Positions 1 to 9,408 of a stretch of 64,000 bases of DNA are shown piece after piece. Under the pieces are notes generated by a model. That model was not told where the DNA came from. It made no database searches and was given only the letters and a program-made list of their open reading frames with translations. This stretch comes from a virus (Duplodnaviria > Caudoviricetes): the IMG/VR virus record IMGVR_UViG_3300024259_001623; one strand, written 5' to 3'. The number at the start of each line of letters is the position of its first letter. Position 1 is the first letter of the stretch. Position numbers and translations under genes: made by a program.

Positions 1-839
1 AAATCAGCAAATTCAGGCTTTACAAAAATTGATCCTTCAGAAGCATCAGCATGTACAACAATCCCGATTTCAGTCACCACATCAGGTTGAGTTGGCTTCA
101 CATTAGTCCATTCGCCTGCAACAGAAGGAGACAACCATAAACTATCTCCTTCTGTAAATAATGATGTATCAATTTCTCGAACGATTCCAAATGCAGTTAC
201 AAATCCAAAAGACCCATCTTCTATAGTATGAGTTGCAAGACCTATAGCAATCGCTGTTCCTTCGGTATCAGACTGGGCAAGTGCTATTGTTGGAGCGCCA
301 TTTATACCAAGACCAGAACCATCAGCCCCAGTAATTCTAACAGCTTGACCATCGGTAATATCTGATCCAGTATCATTAACCACAAGAATCCACGTTTCTT
401 GACCAACCTGTAATGTCACATCAGCCTCGCTATTATAAACAGCCAAAGCTTTTGCAGTATTATCATAAAATAACAATCCTTCGCTATGACTAGGATCTGT
501 AGAAAGACTAGGATTTAACTGTATACTATCATATGTATTATCTGTTTCAGTTATATCATTTATCTCTGCTGTGGTAACATAATCTTCTGGAGCAGACGCA
601 GGAACTGATTTAGCAGCAGAATCAACTTCTTTTACTAACTCAAGAACGCCGGCACGAATAGCCAAAGGAAGTTCTTGATCTTGAGATATTTCATCGGCAT
701 CATAATATCTCAATAAATTTATTGTAGCCCCGGGTTGTATAGATGGTAATTTGAGCAAATTACCTAAACTAATCTCTCTGTTAGAAATATTTGTCAAAAA
801 CCATTTTTCTCTGTTGCTTTGATTGGTAGACTCGGCCAT
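1..839 (-). CDS. Partial ORF running off the window start; probable virion structural or adhesin-like protein
   Basis: Not in the ORF track. Read by hand from ATG at 839 (GGAG about 12 nt upstream): MAESTNQSNREKWFLTNISNREISLG...GQAVRITGADG...IGLATHTIEDGSFGFVTAFGIVREIDTSLFTEGDSLWLSPSVAGEWT..., open to position 1. Gly/Thr-rich beta-type composition. Confidence 0.6.
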   Translation of the reverse strand, partial: MAESTNQSNREKWFLTNISNREISLGNLLKLPSIQPGATINLLRYYDADEISQDQELPLAIRAGVLELVKEVDSAAKSVPASAPEDYVTTAEINDITETDNTYDSIQLNPSLSTDPSHSEGLLFYDNTAKALAVYNSEADVTLQVGQETWILVVNDTGSDITDGQAVRITGADGSGLGINGAPTIALAQSDTEGTAIAIGLATHTIEDGSFGFVTAFGIVREIDTSLFTEGDSLWLSPSVAGEWTNVKPTQPDVVTEIGIVVHADASEGSIFVKPEFAD

Positions 840-910
840 TATATATCATAACTCCATATACTATATACATTTCCCCAGTTAATATTATATTTTAATAACA
901 ATAATCCTCT

Positions 911-1453
911 TTAATACATTATCTCGATTTCATCTTCTGTGCAGCTATCTCCTATCATCTGTATAGCCTTTTGTATTCTTTGATGACATGCTTGTGTAGA
1001 AATACTTAATTTTTCTGACATCTCTTTATAGCTCAAATCTTCAAAAAATTTCATATGAATATCTTTTCTTTGGTCTTTACTCAAAATACTCATCTTATTA
1101 TCGATAAAATCTTTGATATCTACGCTATTGTCTACTTCTGCTACCGGATGACTATCATCATTGTCTAAATTTAATTCGCAAAATAATTCTTTTCTTCTTT
1201 TTTTAATTTTAGAAAAATAATTCAGATATGATCTATAAATAGCTACGCAGGCAAATGTGGAAAATTTATGTCCTAATTCTTCATCAAAATTTTGAGAAGC
1301 TCTCATTAGTGCTGGCAGTCCATAATCGTATATGATTTCATCTTCAATCTCATTATTGCAATTAAATTTCTTTAACATCTTATACAATAATCCGAAATTT
1401 TTTACTACTGTTCTCCATTCTTTTTCAGTTATTTTTTTCATATTATGCCTCAA
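911..1453 (-). CDS. Short sigma-70 family RNA polymerase sigma factor (regions 2 and 4)
   Basis: Region 2-like ALMRASQNFDEELGHKFSTFACVAI; region 4 HTH LSYKEMSEKLSISTQACHQRIQKAI. Confidence 0.85.
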   Translation of the reverse strand: MRHNMKKITEKEWRTVVKNFGLLYKMLKKFNCNNEIEDEIIYDYGLPALMRASQNFDEELGHKFSTFACVAIYRSYLNYFSKIKKRRKELFCELNLDNDDSHPVAEVDNSVDIKDFIDNKMSILSKDQRKDIHMKFFEDLSYKEMSEKLSISTQACHQRIQKAIQMIGDSCTEDEIEIMY

Positions 1454-1556
1454 TTAAAAAGTAGACCTTTACATCATTATGTTCTATTATGATTAAATAA
1501 AACCTACAAAAATATATAAGTTTTAAGGTCTAATAACCAGGCGAAGACATGTTCAT

Positions 1557-2387
1557 TTAAGAAGCAAAAATAAAGTCATGATGTTCTGTAACTGCCATCT
1601 CAGAAGCGGTAGATATTATTTTTTTCAGATCACAATCATAAAAACCAGATGTGCTAAAAGCATTTAATTCTAATAAATATTTCTTTCCATTACTCTCACA
1701 TACATCCATTGTATATGTCTTGTCTGGATGCCACACAGCCCCCTCAACGAGCCTTCTAACGTAGTCCCACTCAGGAGAACCTTCTTTGCTTAATTCCATT
1801 TCTACAGAACCATTATCTTTATACATAGAACCAGTAATAACCTCTGTATCGGTTACAACAAATCTCCATTCTCTGTCTATCTTTTTAGGACTTGACACTA
1901 CAACCAAAAGTTCTGGAGAATCTTCAGATACAAAACTCAACATACTTTCATTCAATCCATCAAGAGAAATTACTTCTCCATCGAATTCTTTGTATCCGCT
2001 ACTTGGTCTGACAAAAATCTTATTGTCTTCTCCAAAATTCTCAAAAATATATTCCTTTCTTCTAATCAACTCTTGAAGAGGAATCATAATATAATCTTGG
2101 TTGAATAAATGTTTTCCCCAATACGTATAATATTTAAAGCATTCGAAATTAGCCAACGTACACCATCCACAAGGAATCCAATTCTTTTCTCGAAGTAATC
2201 TCCTCATGAATCTTAGACTTCCGTAAAAGATCACACAGCTATAACCAGGGAAAAGATTATAATTATGAGATTGAAAATCTTTTAAATTCACCAAATCATA
2301 AGACATGCCTTGGTTATTGATCTCTTTCTTGAATTCTTCTATATTCTCGTCAAATACATCTTCTTCTAATATCCAATTTGCTTTCAT
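1557..2387 (-). CDS. ATP-grasp domain protein (DUF4343/R2K-like)
   Basis: KIFVRPSSGYKEFDG, EWRFVV, YTMDVC...KYLLELNAFSTSGFY match ATP-grasp ligase motifs. Confidence 0.75.
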   Translation of the reverse strand: MKANWILEEDVFDENIEEFKKEINNQGMSYDLVNLKDFQSHNYNLFPGYSCVIFYGSLRFMRRLLREKNWIPCGWCTLANFECFKYYTYWGKHLFNQDYIMIPLQELIRRKEYIFENFGEDNKIFVRPSSGYKEFDGEVISLDGLNESMLSFVSEDSPELLVVVSSPKKIDREWRFVVTDTEVITGSMYKDNGSVEMELSKEGSPEWDYVRRLVEGAVWHPDKTYTMDVCESNGKKYLLELNAFSTSGFYDCDLKKIISTASEMAVTEHHDFIFAS

Positions 2388-2486
2388 AATCTTGTCTCAG
2401 TAAACCGCTTCCCTTGGAAAGAGTAGTTTTGCTAAAATTAATATTTTCTTAAAGGTTTTTCTTATATATTACGATAAGTTACATAT

Positions 2487-3611
2487 ATGAAGATAACTCG
2501 TACAATTAAACTTAAACTCAATATACCTGAATCGGAAATACTATCCACTGTTCAAGCATATACAAAAGCATATAACCTTATATGTCAACAAGGTTGGCAA
2601 GATAAAGACTACAATGCTATATCTCTACACCACAAAACATATAAAAATGTTAGAAAACAATTTAATCTTCCTGCTCAACTAGCTATTTCAGCAAGGACAA
2701 AAGCAACTGAAAGCCTTAAATCTGTTAGATCTAGAATTATTAAAAAACAAAAAGCTACTCAACCAAATTCTAAACAATGTTCAATCAGATACGACAAAAA
2801 CTCTATTACTATCTGGTTTGACAAAGAAAAAATTTCTCTTCTTACTGTTAATGGAAGAAAGAAATATTCTATCCGAGTGCCAGATTATTTTAAACAGTAT
2901 ATTACTTGGAATAAATGTTCTGCTGAACTTATGATCAGAAACCATACTGTTTTTCTTAATATTACAGTTTCTACAGAAAAAACTGATATTCCTCAAACAG
3001 ATACTTATGTAGGAATAGATCGTGGTATCAAAAAGATAGCAGTAACATCTGAAAAACAATTTTTTAATGGATCTCAAATTAAAAGAATTACAGATAAATA
3101 TGAAAAAAATAAAAGTAAACTTCAAAGCAAAGGAACTAAATCTGCCAAAAGACACCTTAAAAAACTTTCTAAAAAGGTTAACCGTTTTCGCAGAGATGTA
3201 AATCATTGTATTGCTAAACAAATTGTAAAATCTGTAAAACCAGGAAGTACTATTATTCTCGAAGATTTGGCTGGTATTCGTCAAAATGTCAGATTGAGGA
3301 AGAAACAAAGAACAGAACTAAATAAATGGAACTTTTACCAGTTTGAACAGTTCTTGAAATATAAAGCAGAAGAAAAAGGTATTAAAGTAGAACATGTTTC
3401 TGCCAGATATACTTCTCAAAAATGTAGTAAGTGCGGTTATATTTCTCGTTCTAATCGTAAGAGTCAGTCTCAGTTTAAATGTACAAAATGTTCTTATCAA
3501 TTAAATGCAGATTTAAATGCTGCTTTTAATATTAAGAAAAATTACTTAGACAGTATATCTTATCTAGGTAGGGTTGTAGTCAATCAACCTATTGTAACAT
3601 CGTCAGTATGA
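2487..3611 (+). CDS. tnpB: IS200/IS605-family RNA-guided endonuclease TnpB
   Basis: RuvC-I YVGIDRGIKKIAVTS, RuvC-II IILEDL, Zn ribbon CSKCG...CTKC, RuvC-III ADLNAAFNI. All three acidic catalytic positions are present. Confidence 0.92.
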   Translation: MKITRTIKLKLNIPESEILSTVQAYTKAYNLICQQGWQDKDYNAISLHHKTYKNVRKQFNLPAQLAISARTKATESLKSVRSRIIKKQKATQPNSKQCSIRYDKNSITIWFDKEKISLLTVNGRKKYSIRVPDYFKQYITWNKCSAELMIRNHTVFLNITVSTEKTDIPQTDTYVGIDRGIKKIAVTSEKQFFNGSQIKRITDKYEKNKSKLQSKGTKSAKRHLKKLSKKVNRFRRDVNHCIAKQIVKSVKPGSTIILEDLAGIRQNVRLRKKQRTELNKWNFYQFEQFLKYKAEEKGIKVEHVSARYTSQKCSKCGYISRSNRKSQSQFKCTKCSYQLNADLNAAFNIKKNYLDSISYLGRVVVNQPIVTSSV

Positions 3612-3669
3612 CGATAGTTACAAGTCTCCACTTTTAAGAGGTAATTGACAATATATTATACCGAAGTTA
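3520..3669 (+). ncRNA. Putative TnpB omegaRNA / IS right end plus guide (boundaries approximate)
   Basis: Hairpin TGTAAC-ATCGTCA-gta-TGACGAT-a-GTTACA at the tnpB stop, then ...CAAGTCTCCACTTTTAAGAGGTAATTGAC ending at 3649, resembling IS605-type right ends. The inferred guide is the flank AATATATTATACCGAAG... Confidence 0.6.
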
Positions 3670-3681
3670 TTTTTAACAGGC

Positions 3682-3716
3682 AATAAAAAAGCCACGCAAA
3701 AACGTGACTTTTTATT
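3682..3716. terminator. Bidirectional intrinsic terminator between convergent tnpB and ORF 3735-4112
   Basis: AATAAAAAAGCCACG-caaaaa-CGTGACTTTTTATT inverted repeat with A and T tracts. Confidence 0.7.
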
Positions 3717-3734
3717 AAAATCAAATATTTATTT

Positions 3735-4112
3735 TTAAAATACTGCTTTAACGATATCTGGATACAATTCCATTAATCGCAAGAAATCTTCGATACCTTG
3801 GCCCCATTCTGAAGACGCATAAAACTGATCTTCAACCCCAGTATTAGGAGGAACGAGTTTAACGAAATTACGAGCAATGAATCCTTTTAATTGTTCCATC
3901 CAATTCTCAGATTGCATAATACTTTGTAATTCTGCATCTAATTCAGGAAAATTCCTAGATTCTAATTTTAATAATTCCAAAGCATCTACCAAAGCATTAG
4001 CATTTTCATCTTCTACTTCGGGCTGATTATCTTCTTGGAACTCATAATAATCTCGCTCCATTTGTTGATCACCAAAACTATCATAATATTGTGCGGTTTT
4101 TATTCTTTTCAT
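3735..4112 (-). CDS. Hypothetical acidic protein, probable internal head protein
   Basis: SD GGAGA upstream. Starts MKRIKTAQ, a motif shared with other head-module proteins. Confidence 0.6.
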   Translation of the reverse strand: MKRIKTAQYYDSFGDQQMERDYYEFQEDNQPEVEDENANALVDALELLKLESRNFPELDAELQSIMQSENWMEQLKGFIARNFVKLVPPNTGVEDQFYASSEWGQGIEDFLRLMELYPDIVKAVF

Positions 4113-4124
4113 TTTATCTCCTAT

Positions 4125-5618
4125 TTACATTTTATTGGCTTTTTCAGCTTGCTTAATCCAATCTTCCAAGGATATATTCATTCTTTTCTGCATTTGTTCA
4201 TCTAATTCCTTCCGAATATCTTTTCTCCAACCAAAAGGAAAAATACCAGAATATCTGTATTCTACTTCTTTTTCATATTCTTCCATAGCTTTTTCATATT
4301 CTTCATCATCTTCATAATCTGGCTCATATGGATATACAAGATCTGATTCTAGACTATCTAGATAATCGACATCTAGATAATCGACATCTAATGCTTTATT
4401 AAGCTCAAATAATAACATATCTATCCCTTCATCTTCTTCATCTACAGCCAAACGTACAATAATTTCTCCTAGTCCGCTATCTCCATCATATCCACCTTTA
4501 CTACTCATTTGTTGAACCATATCATAAGCATTTTCATATGCCTGTGCAACAAACTGTATCTTGTTAGTATCAGTCTCTTTCTTCAAACCATATTCATCAA
4601 ATTCCCCTTGGGATAAAAACTTATATGCATTTTCCCACTCTTCTATAACAGTACTTATACTTGTCCATGTCAAATTAGATGATGCAAAGAAATCAGCAGG
4701 ATCTACTTCTTCTTGCGACACAGAAGGAGAATTATCATCACTTGCTATCCAATGTCTAATAATATCTTTATATTCATCTTTAGGCTCAGAATTAGATTTT
4801 CCATATATTTGTTTTATATATTTTCCCGTTTCATCTATTTCTATTGTGACATGAGGATTATTATCAGGATCCCTTAAAGAATATATAACCGATATACCTT
4901 CGGATACAGGACCACAGTAGCCACCAACACAATTGTCCATCTTGTTACCTTCAGCTTCCAAATCATTTTTAGATTGAACATCTTGAATAGTCCAACCATG
5001 CCACTCTTTTATATCTCTGCCCTCGGCATCTTTCCAAAATGGCCCCCAAACGACCTCACGATCTTTAGGATCATATTCTCCTTCACCTTTAAAAGCAGTA
5101 GCATGCCATTCTGCTGACGCATCCAAAGCCCTATCTAAAGTATAACTATTCAAATCAGGCAATTCTTGTCTATACCAGTCCAACATATTACGAATTTCAT
5201 TTCCTCTGGGATGAGCAGCTTCCCGGTTAAACAAAAATAATTTTATTCTTCTTACATCTTCTTGATTATATATTTTTCCTTTTAACCCTAAATATTTATA
5301 AATTTCTAAAGAAAACCATCTTACAAAACGATCTAAAATATTTCCATACCCTATAACTGATGCTGCAAAATTCTTAGCCATATTAGTCAAATCTTTTTCC
5401 CAAGGACTTTTCCCTGTTTCTTCTGATTGATTAGCTATATTCTGTAATTCAACGAGAGTGATTTGAGGATTTTTTCTAGCTTCATTTGTTAATATATTAG
5501 CAATATTATTATTTGACACATCAAATGACATGATAAAATCTACGATATTTTGTGGCAGATTAAGTGTTGATAAAAAATCAATCCTACCAGCAGCTATGCA
5601 TATTTTATACCAGTTCAT
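4125..5618 (-). CDS. PcfJ-like domain protein with MNWYK N-terminus and acidic C-terminus
   Basis: DLEAEGNKMDNCVGGY...IYSLRDPDNNPHVTIEI...IKQIYGKSNSEP resembles the PcfJ family core. Confidence 0.65.
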   Translation of the reverse strand: MNWYKICIAAGRIDFLSTLNLPQNIVDFIMSFDVSNNNIANILTNEARKNPQITLVELQNIANQSEETGKSPWEKDLTNMAKNFAASVIGYGNILDRFVRWFSLEIYKYLGLKGKIYNQEDVRRIKLFLFNREAAHPRGNEIRNMLDWYRQELPDLNSYTLDRALDASAEWHATAFKGEGEYDPKDREVVWGPFWKDAEGRDIKEWHGWTIQDVQSKNDLEAEGNKMDNCVGGYCGPVSEGISVIYSLRDPDNNPHVTIEIDETGKYIKQIYGKSNSEPKDEYKDIIRHWIASDDNSPSVSQEEVDPADFFASSNLTWTSISTVIEEWENAYKFLSQGEFDEYGLKKETDTNKIQFVAQAYENAYDMVQQMSSKGGYDGDSGLGEIIVRLAVDEEDEGIDMLLFELNKALDVDYLDVDYLDSLESDLVYPYEPDYEDDEEYEKAMEEYEKEVEYRYSGIFPFGWRKDIRKELDEQMQKRMNISLEDWIKQAEKANKM

Positions 5619-5656
5619 AAAAATCTACCTTAATATATAAAATACATTTAAATAAT

Positions 5657-7747
5657 CTATTTTCCTTCAATTCTCTCTAATATCTTTTTACATCTCTTAG
5701 AAGGATCTTTAGTTAAAAAAGCTGCCTTTTTCCCAAAGTAGTAAGGAACAACAAAATCGAATTGTTCTTTTGTTATATCAATAATTTCTTTGTTATATTC
5801 TGCCCACCAATGTGAAACACCATCTTCCAAAGTATATCTCTTTATTTTTATATCATATTTCTCTTTCAATATATGATATAAAGATTCAGTAGCTATATAA
5901 CAAGCACCATGAATAGGAGTATCACCTTGATATTCTTTCTTTATTAAATCAAAACTTAATACTTTCTTTATCTGATCACAAATATCTATAATTTCTTTTT
6001 TTTCACAAAAATTAATCTTTGTTAAATTATAAACCCATTTCTTTTTTCCACAATCCCATATAACATACATTCTTCTCGAATTATTCCAATCTACGATAGT
6101 CATCCCCTCCGGCCTGTTTTTATTAGTCTGTCTTTGAGATTGCTTATTACAATACTTCTGTTTTTTATGATCATAATAAAAATAACTTGGTGGATATTCT
6201 TTCTCTAAAGAAAAATCTAAAACACTATAAATATTCCCCTCAGAAAAAATATTGTCAGACCAACTAATAATATTATCATAACCAGATTTTATAGACCACT
6301 CCCTGAAATATTTAAATAATTTACTAGAGCCACCTTGAACCGTTACACCATCCTTAAAAACCAACCTGGTCAAAATACAAGCCTTCTTATCTCCACCACG
6401 CTCATGATGCTTGCCTGCCGTCATAACCCCTACAGTATCTCCATTATATACTAAATTAAAATATTTAATTGTTCCTCTTGGAGTTCCCTGTATATGATAT
6501 TTCTCAATAAAATCATCAGAGTTACTATGAGATATTATACATTTACGAGCAGCAATCTTTTTCTTATTTAAACCAAAAACAGATTTTAAATATGTCTTAA
6601 CCTGGTTCTCTCTTTGTAAATAAGTATGTTCAAAAACATGAACCAATCTATAACCCTTTTCATTACATAATCTAGTCTTTTCTATGTGCGTTTTCTTAGC
6701 TTTTTCACGAGAGAGGTTAGCCTCAGAATGCCAAAAACTACCATTAAATTCTACAGCAACTTTTTTATCCTTATCTACTATATCTAATTCTAGCGGAGTA
6801 ATTATAGAACGATCATTAAACGAGACATTAGATCCTTCCTCTTTTAACCAGTCGTACAATTCTTTCTGTTTTTGTTGTGTAGGAAAAGTATATGTAGAAT
6901 AATATCTATCCCTAAATTCATCCTTTAATAAAGCGGCAGTTGCACTTTGATAATTTAAATCAAAGTCTTCACAAACTTTTTTTAAAGAATTTTTCAACAA
7001 TTTATCCCAAAAATCTTGTCCTCTTAAAGTATTAACTAAATCATAATGACCTGCCTCATTTATGCCTATAGTGATATTAAAATTATGTTGAGTTTTATTT
7101 TTTATATCTTTATTTTGTTGAGGATTTTTACAACCATATTTTTGCATATTAGTATTTTCTATTTTTTTTCGAATCTCTTTATTTTTGAGAGGATTATCTA
7201 CTCCATATCTCTCTACATTTGTCTGTTTCATTTTTTCTTTTATATCTTCACTTTTTAAAGGATGATCTACACCATATTTTTTAATATTAGTTTTTTTAAT
7301 TTTATCTTTAATCTCTTCTGACTGAAAAGGATTTTCAACACCGTACCTTTTCAAATTTGTTTTTTTAATTTTATCCTTATTTTCTTTAGATAATCTAACA
7401 TTAGAAATTTTCTTAGCTATTTCTTTATTTTGACTTGCATATTCAGATCCGTACTTCTCTTTAATCTTTTTTTTAGCTTTTTTTCTAATTTCAGGATCAG
7501 AAAATGGAGAACATTGTTTCTTCATTTCTTTTATTTTACACTCTTTATGACAAGCTGATCCTGATTTTATAAAAAACCCTTTCCTAACTTTATGCTGTTT
7601 TCCACAAAATCTACAAATAGCAATAACAAATTTACTTGATGAATTACCTAAAGTGTCAGGATCATATCCAAACTCTTTTATAGTTTCTTCTTTTAAAATC
7701 TTTGATTTAAAATTAAATATCTTACGTTCTTTCATTTTTATCCTCAT
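5657..7747 (-). CDS. Hef-like free-standing homing endonuclease with KYGVxNP repeats and an extra C-terminal Cys-His-Asp-like domain
   Basis: Repeats RYGVENP/KYGVDHP/RYGVDNP/KYGCKNP. PD-(D/E)xK-like LELDIVDKDKKVAVEFNGSFWHSE. Hef-like FIEKYHIQG...GGSSKL...IWDCGKKKW. Tail GACY...SHWW...IIDIT. Confidence 0.7.
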   Translation of the reverse strand: MRIKMKERKIFNFKSKILKEETIKEFGYDPDTLGNSSSKFVIAICRFCGKQHKVRKGFFIKSGSACHKECKIKEMKKQCSPFSDPEIRKKAKKKIKEKYGSEYASQNKEIAKKISNVRLSKENKDKIKKTNLKRYGVENPFQSEEIKDKIKKTNIKKYGVDHPLKSEDIKEKMKQTNVERYGVDNPLKNKEIRKKIENTNMQKYGCKNPQQNKDIKNKTQHNFNITIGINEAGHYDLVNTLRGQDFWDKLLKNSLKKVCEDFDLNYQSATAALLKDEFRDRYYSTYTFPTQQKQKELYDWLKEEGSNVSFNDRSIITPLELDIVDKDKKVAVEFNGSFWHSEANLSREKAKKTHIEKTRLCNEKGYRLVHVFEHTYLQRENQVKTYLKSVFGLNKKKIAARKCIISHSNSDDFIEKYHIQGTPRGTIKYFNLVYNGDTVGVMTAGKHHERGGDKKACILTRLVFKDGVTVQGGSSKLFKYFREWSIKSGYDNIISWSDNIFSEGNIYSVLDFSLEKEYPPSYFYYDHKKQKYCNKQSQRQTNKNRPEGMTIVDWNNSRRMYVIWDCGKKKWVYNLTKINFCEKKEIIDICDQIKKVLSFDLIKKEYQGDTPIHGACYIATESLYHILKEKYDIKIKRYTLEDGVSHWWAEYNKEIIDITKEQFDFVVPYYFGKKAAFLTKDPSKRCKKILERIEGK

Positions 7748-7826
7748 AATCCATATATAATATCAACAATTATGTTCACTATTATATACGAAGAACTCGG
7801 GATAGTCCCTTCTATAATATAAGTAC

Positions 7827-7863
7827 AAAAAAAAGAGAGAGCCATAGGCTCTCTCTCTTTTTT
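7827..7863 (-). terminator. Strong intrinsic terminator after the major capsid gene
   Basis: AAAAAAAAGAGAGAGCC-atag-GCTCTCTCTCTTTTTT inverted repeat just after the MCP stop. Confidence 0.9.
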
Positions 7864-7881
7864 AAAAAACTAATTACTAAC

Positions 7882-8754
7882 TTAGGAAGTTGCAGAACTA
7901 ACGTTGATTCTAGAAACGGCGTAATCGTTGATAACAACGATTCCGACCTCTTCGTAGATAACCCAGCCAAGACGCAATTTCTTAGGATCATCAGCAGGAA
8001 GAACGGTAATATCCTGTCTAATTGGGAACGCGCCAACGGTGTCAGGACTCGCAACAACAAGAACGACGGTGTTAGGCATTCTCGAAGAAACGTGAATGTC
8101 GGCGGTATACAAGTGACCGTAAAGACCAGTTGTAATAATTTCTCTCTGAGTTGCCTCATCATAGAAAGTTTTGCCGAAGTTTCTTACGCTTGCAAACTGG
8201 GTTGCATGCATAACGATCTTAGTAGCGACAAGATCATGCTCTTCGATGAAACGGAAAGCGGTATTCAACGATGCAACCGAAAGGGTTCCAAAGTTGTCAA
8301 CAACATTACCGGAAGTAGTAGCAGCAGCCAACAGTGCGTTGAAAATGTTGGTGTCCTCTTCCTTCTGGATAGCTTCCTTGGCCTTGATTTGGGCGCGGTC
8401 TACGATGTAGAATCTACGAGCCTTAATCTCGGACAATCTTACGGTAGGATGGGCAGCGATTTCGAACGTAGGAACCAAAATCTCTTCACCTTCCTGAATC
8501 TGATCTGGAACTGCGCCTCTACGAGAGATAACGTGAGCAATGCTCGCAACATCTCTTTCGTAACGTGCCAAAGCACCTTGAGGAAGTTCGTCAACCATTA
8601 AAAGCTTACGACCTACAGCTTGATATTCCAACGAACGTCTAATTGGTTCTACCATAGCCTGTGCCAACGCTACTCTACCCTCATCAGTCTCAAGGGCCTG
8701 GGCGATGACCTCTTCTTTCTGTCTATCAGACAAACTATTTTTTGCAAAAGCCAT
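7882..8754 (-). CDS. Major capsid protein (HK97-like fold)
   Basis: 290 aa at the end of the portal-protease-decoration-MCP order, with strong SD (AAGGAG), biased codon use and a dedicated terminator. Confidence 0.8.
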   Translation of the reverse strand: MAFAKNSLSDRQKEEVIAQALETDEGRVALAQAMVEPIRRSLEYQAVGRKLLMVDELPQGALARYERDVASIAHVISRRGAVPDQIQEGEEILVPTFEIAAHPTVRLSEIKARRFYIVDRAQIKAKEAIQKEEDTNIFNALLAAATTSGNVVDNFGTLSVASLNTAFRFIEEHDLVATKIVMHATQFASVRNFGKTFYDEATQREIITTGLYGHLYTADIHVSSRMPNTVVLVVASPDTVGAFPIRQDITVLPADDPKKLRLGWVIYEEVGIVVINDYAVSRINVSSATS

Positions 8755-8834
8755 TTTAAACTCCTTTTATTTACTATTTTCAGGTATTCGATTGATTACA
8801 AATCCTAAAACGATAGTTTATTAAATTTTTTAAA

Positions 8835-9380
8835 TTAGATCAATAGAATGAATTCTACGAATTCACCTAAAGTAGTAGAACCATCAACAGTGATACCGGG
8901 AACGCCAGAAGGATAGTCAGCAACCGCAGCCGCTACTCTACCGATCAACTGGTCAGTACCTGGAGTACCATTGGTAGTCAACAAAGCATTGGCCGAACTA
9001 TAAAGTGCAGCACCTGGATTCGCTGTAGAAACAAGATCTTCAAACTGATCGGTTGCGAAACGTCCGCCGCCATTATAAACAGTCATCTTACCAGAAGCCA
9101 AAGTCTCGTTGAAGAAGTCAGATACTCTATTAGAGGTCTGTCTTGTAGCACCAGCAGAGTTAACGATCAAAGATGCAGAGTAAGGCGTACCAGCAGTATC
9201 ATTACTCTGAGTGTCACCTGCGATGCCGATAGCATCGTTATTGTTACTGGCGTCAGGTCTTGCGTATCCAGCAGTTGTCAATCTGACAATCTGGCCTTCA
9301 ATAAGATCTGGAGTACCAGCCCAATCAGGATCAACAGGATACATATCCGCAACAACATGTTGAATTTCGATTAAAGCCAT
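8835..9380 (-). CDS. Head decoration/cement protein
   Basis: Between protease and MCP. Gly/Ala/Thr-rich, GQIVRL...AIGIAGD...PGAALYSSANALLT...IGRV pattern typical of beta-tulip decoration proteins. Confidence 0.65.
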   Translation of the reverse strand: MALIEIQHVVADMYPVDPDWAGTPDLIEGQIVRLTTAGYARPDASNNNDAIGIAGDTQSNDTAGTPYSASLIVNSAGATRQTSNRVSDFFNETLASGKMTVYNGGGRFATDQFEDLVSTANPGAALYSSANALLTTNGTPGTDQLIGRVAAAVADYPSGVPGITVDGSTTLGEFVEFILLI

Positions 9381-9408
9381 TTTATAAATCTCCTAATTTT
9401 TCAATTCA

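Noticed and set aside
3650-3669. In-window target for the TnpB guide
   Set aside because: Only short AT-rich partial matches were noticed (for example near 62811), which is not meaningful. A by-eye scan is not exhaustive.
4354-4390. 15-bp duplication encoding DVDYLDVDYLD
   Set aside because: A simple in-frame slippage in an acidic tail with no sign of separate function.
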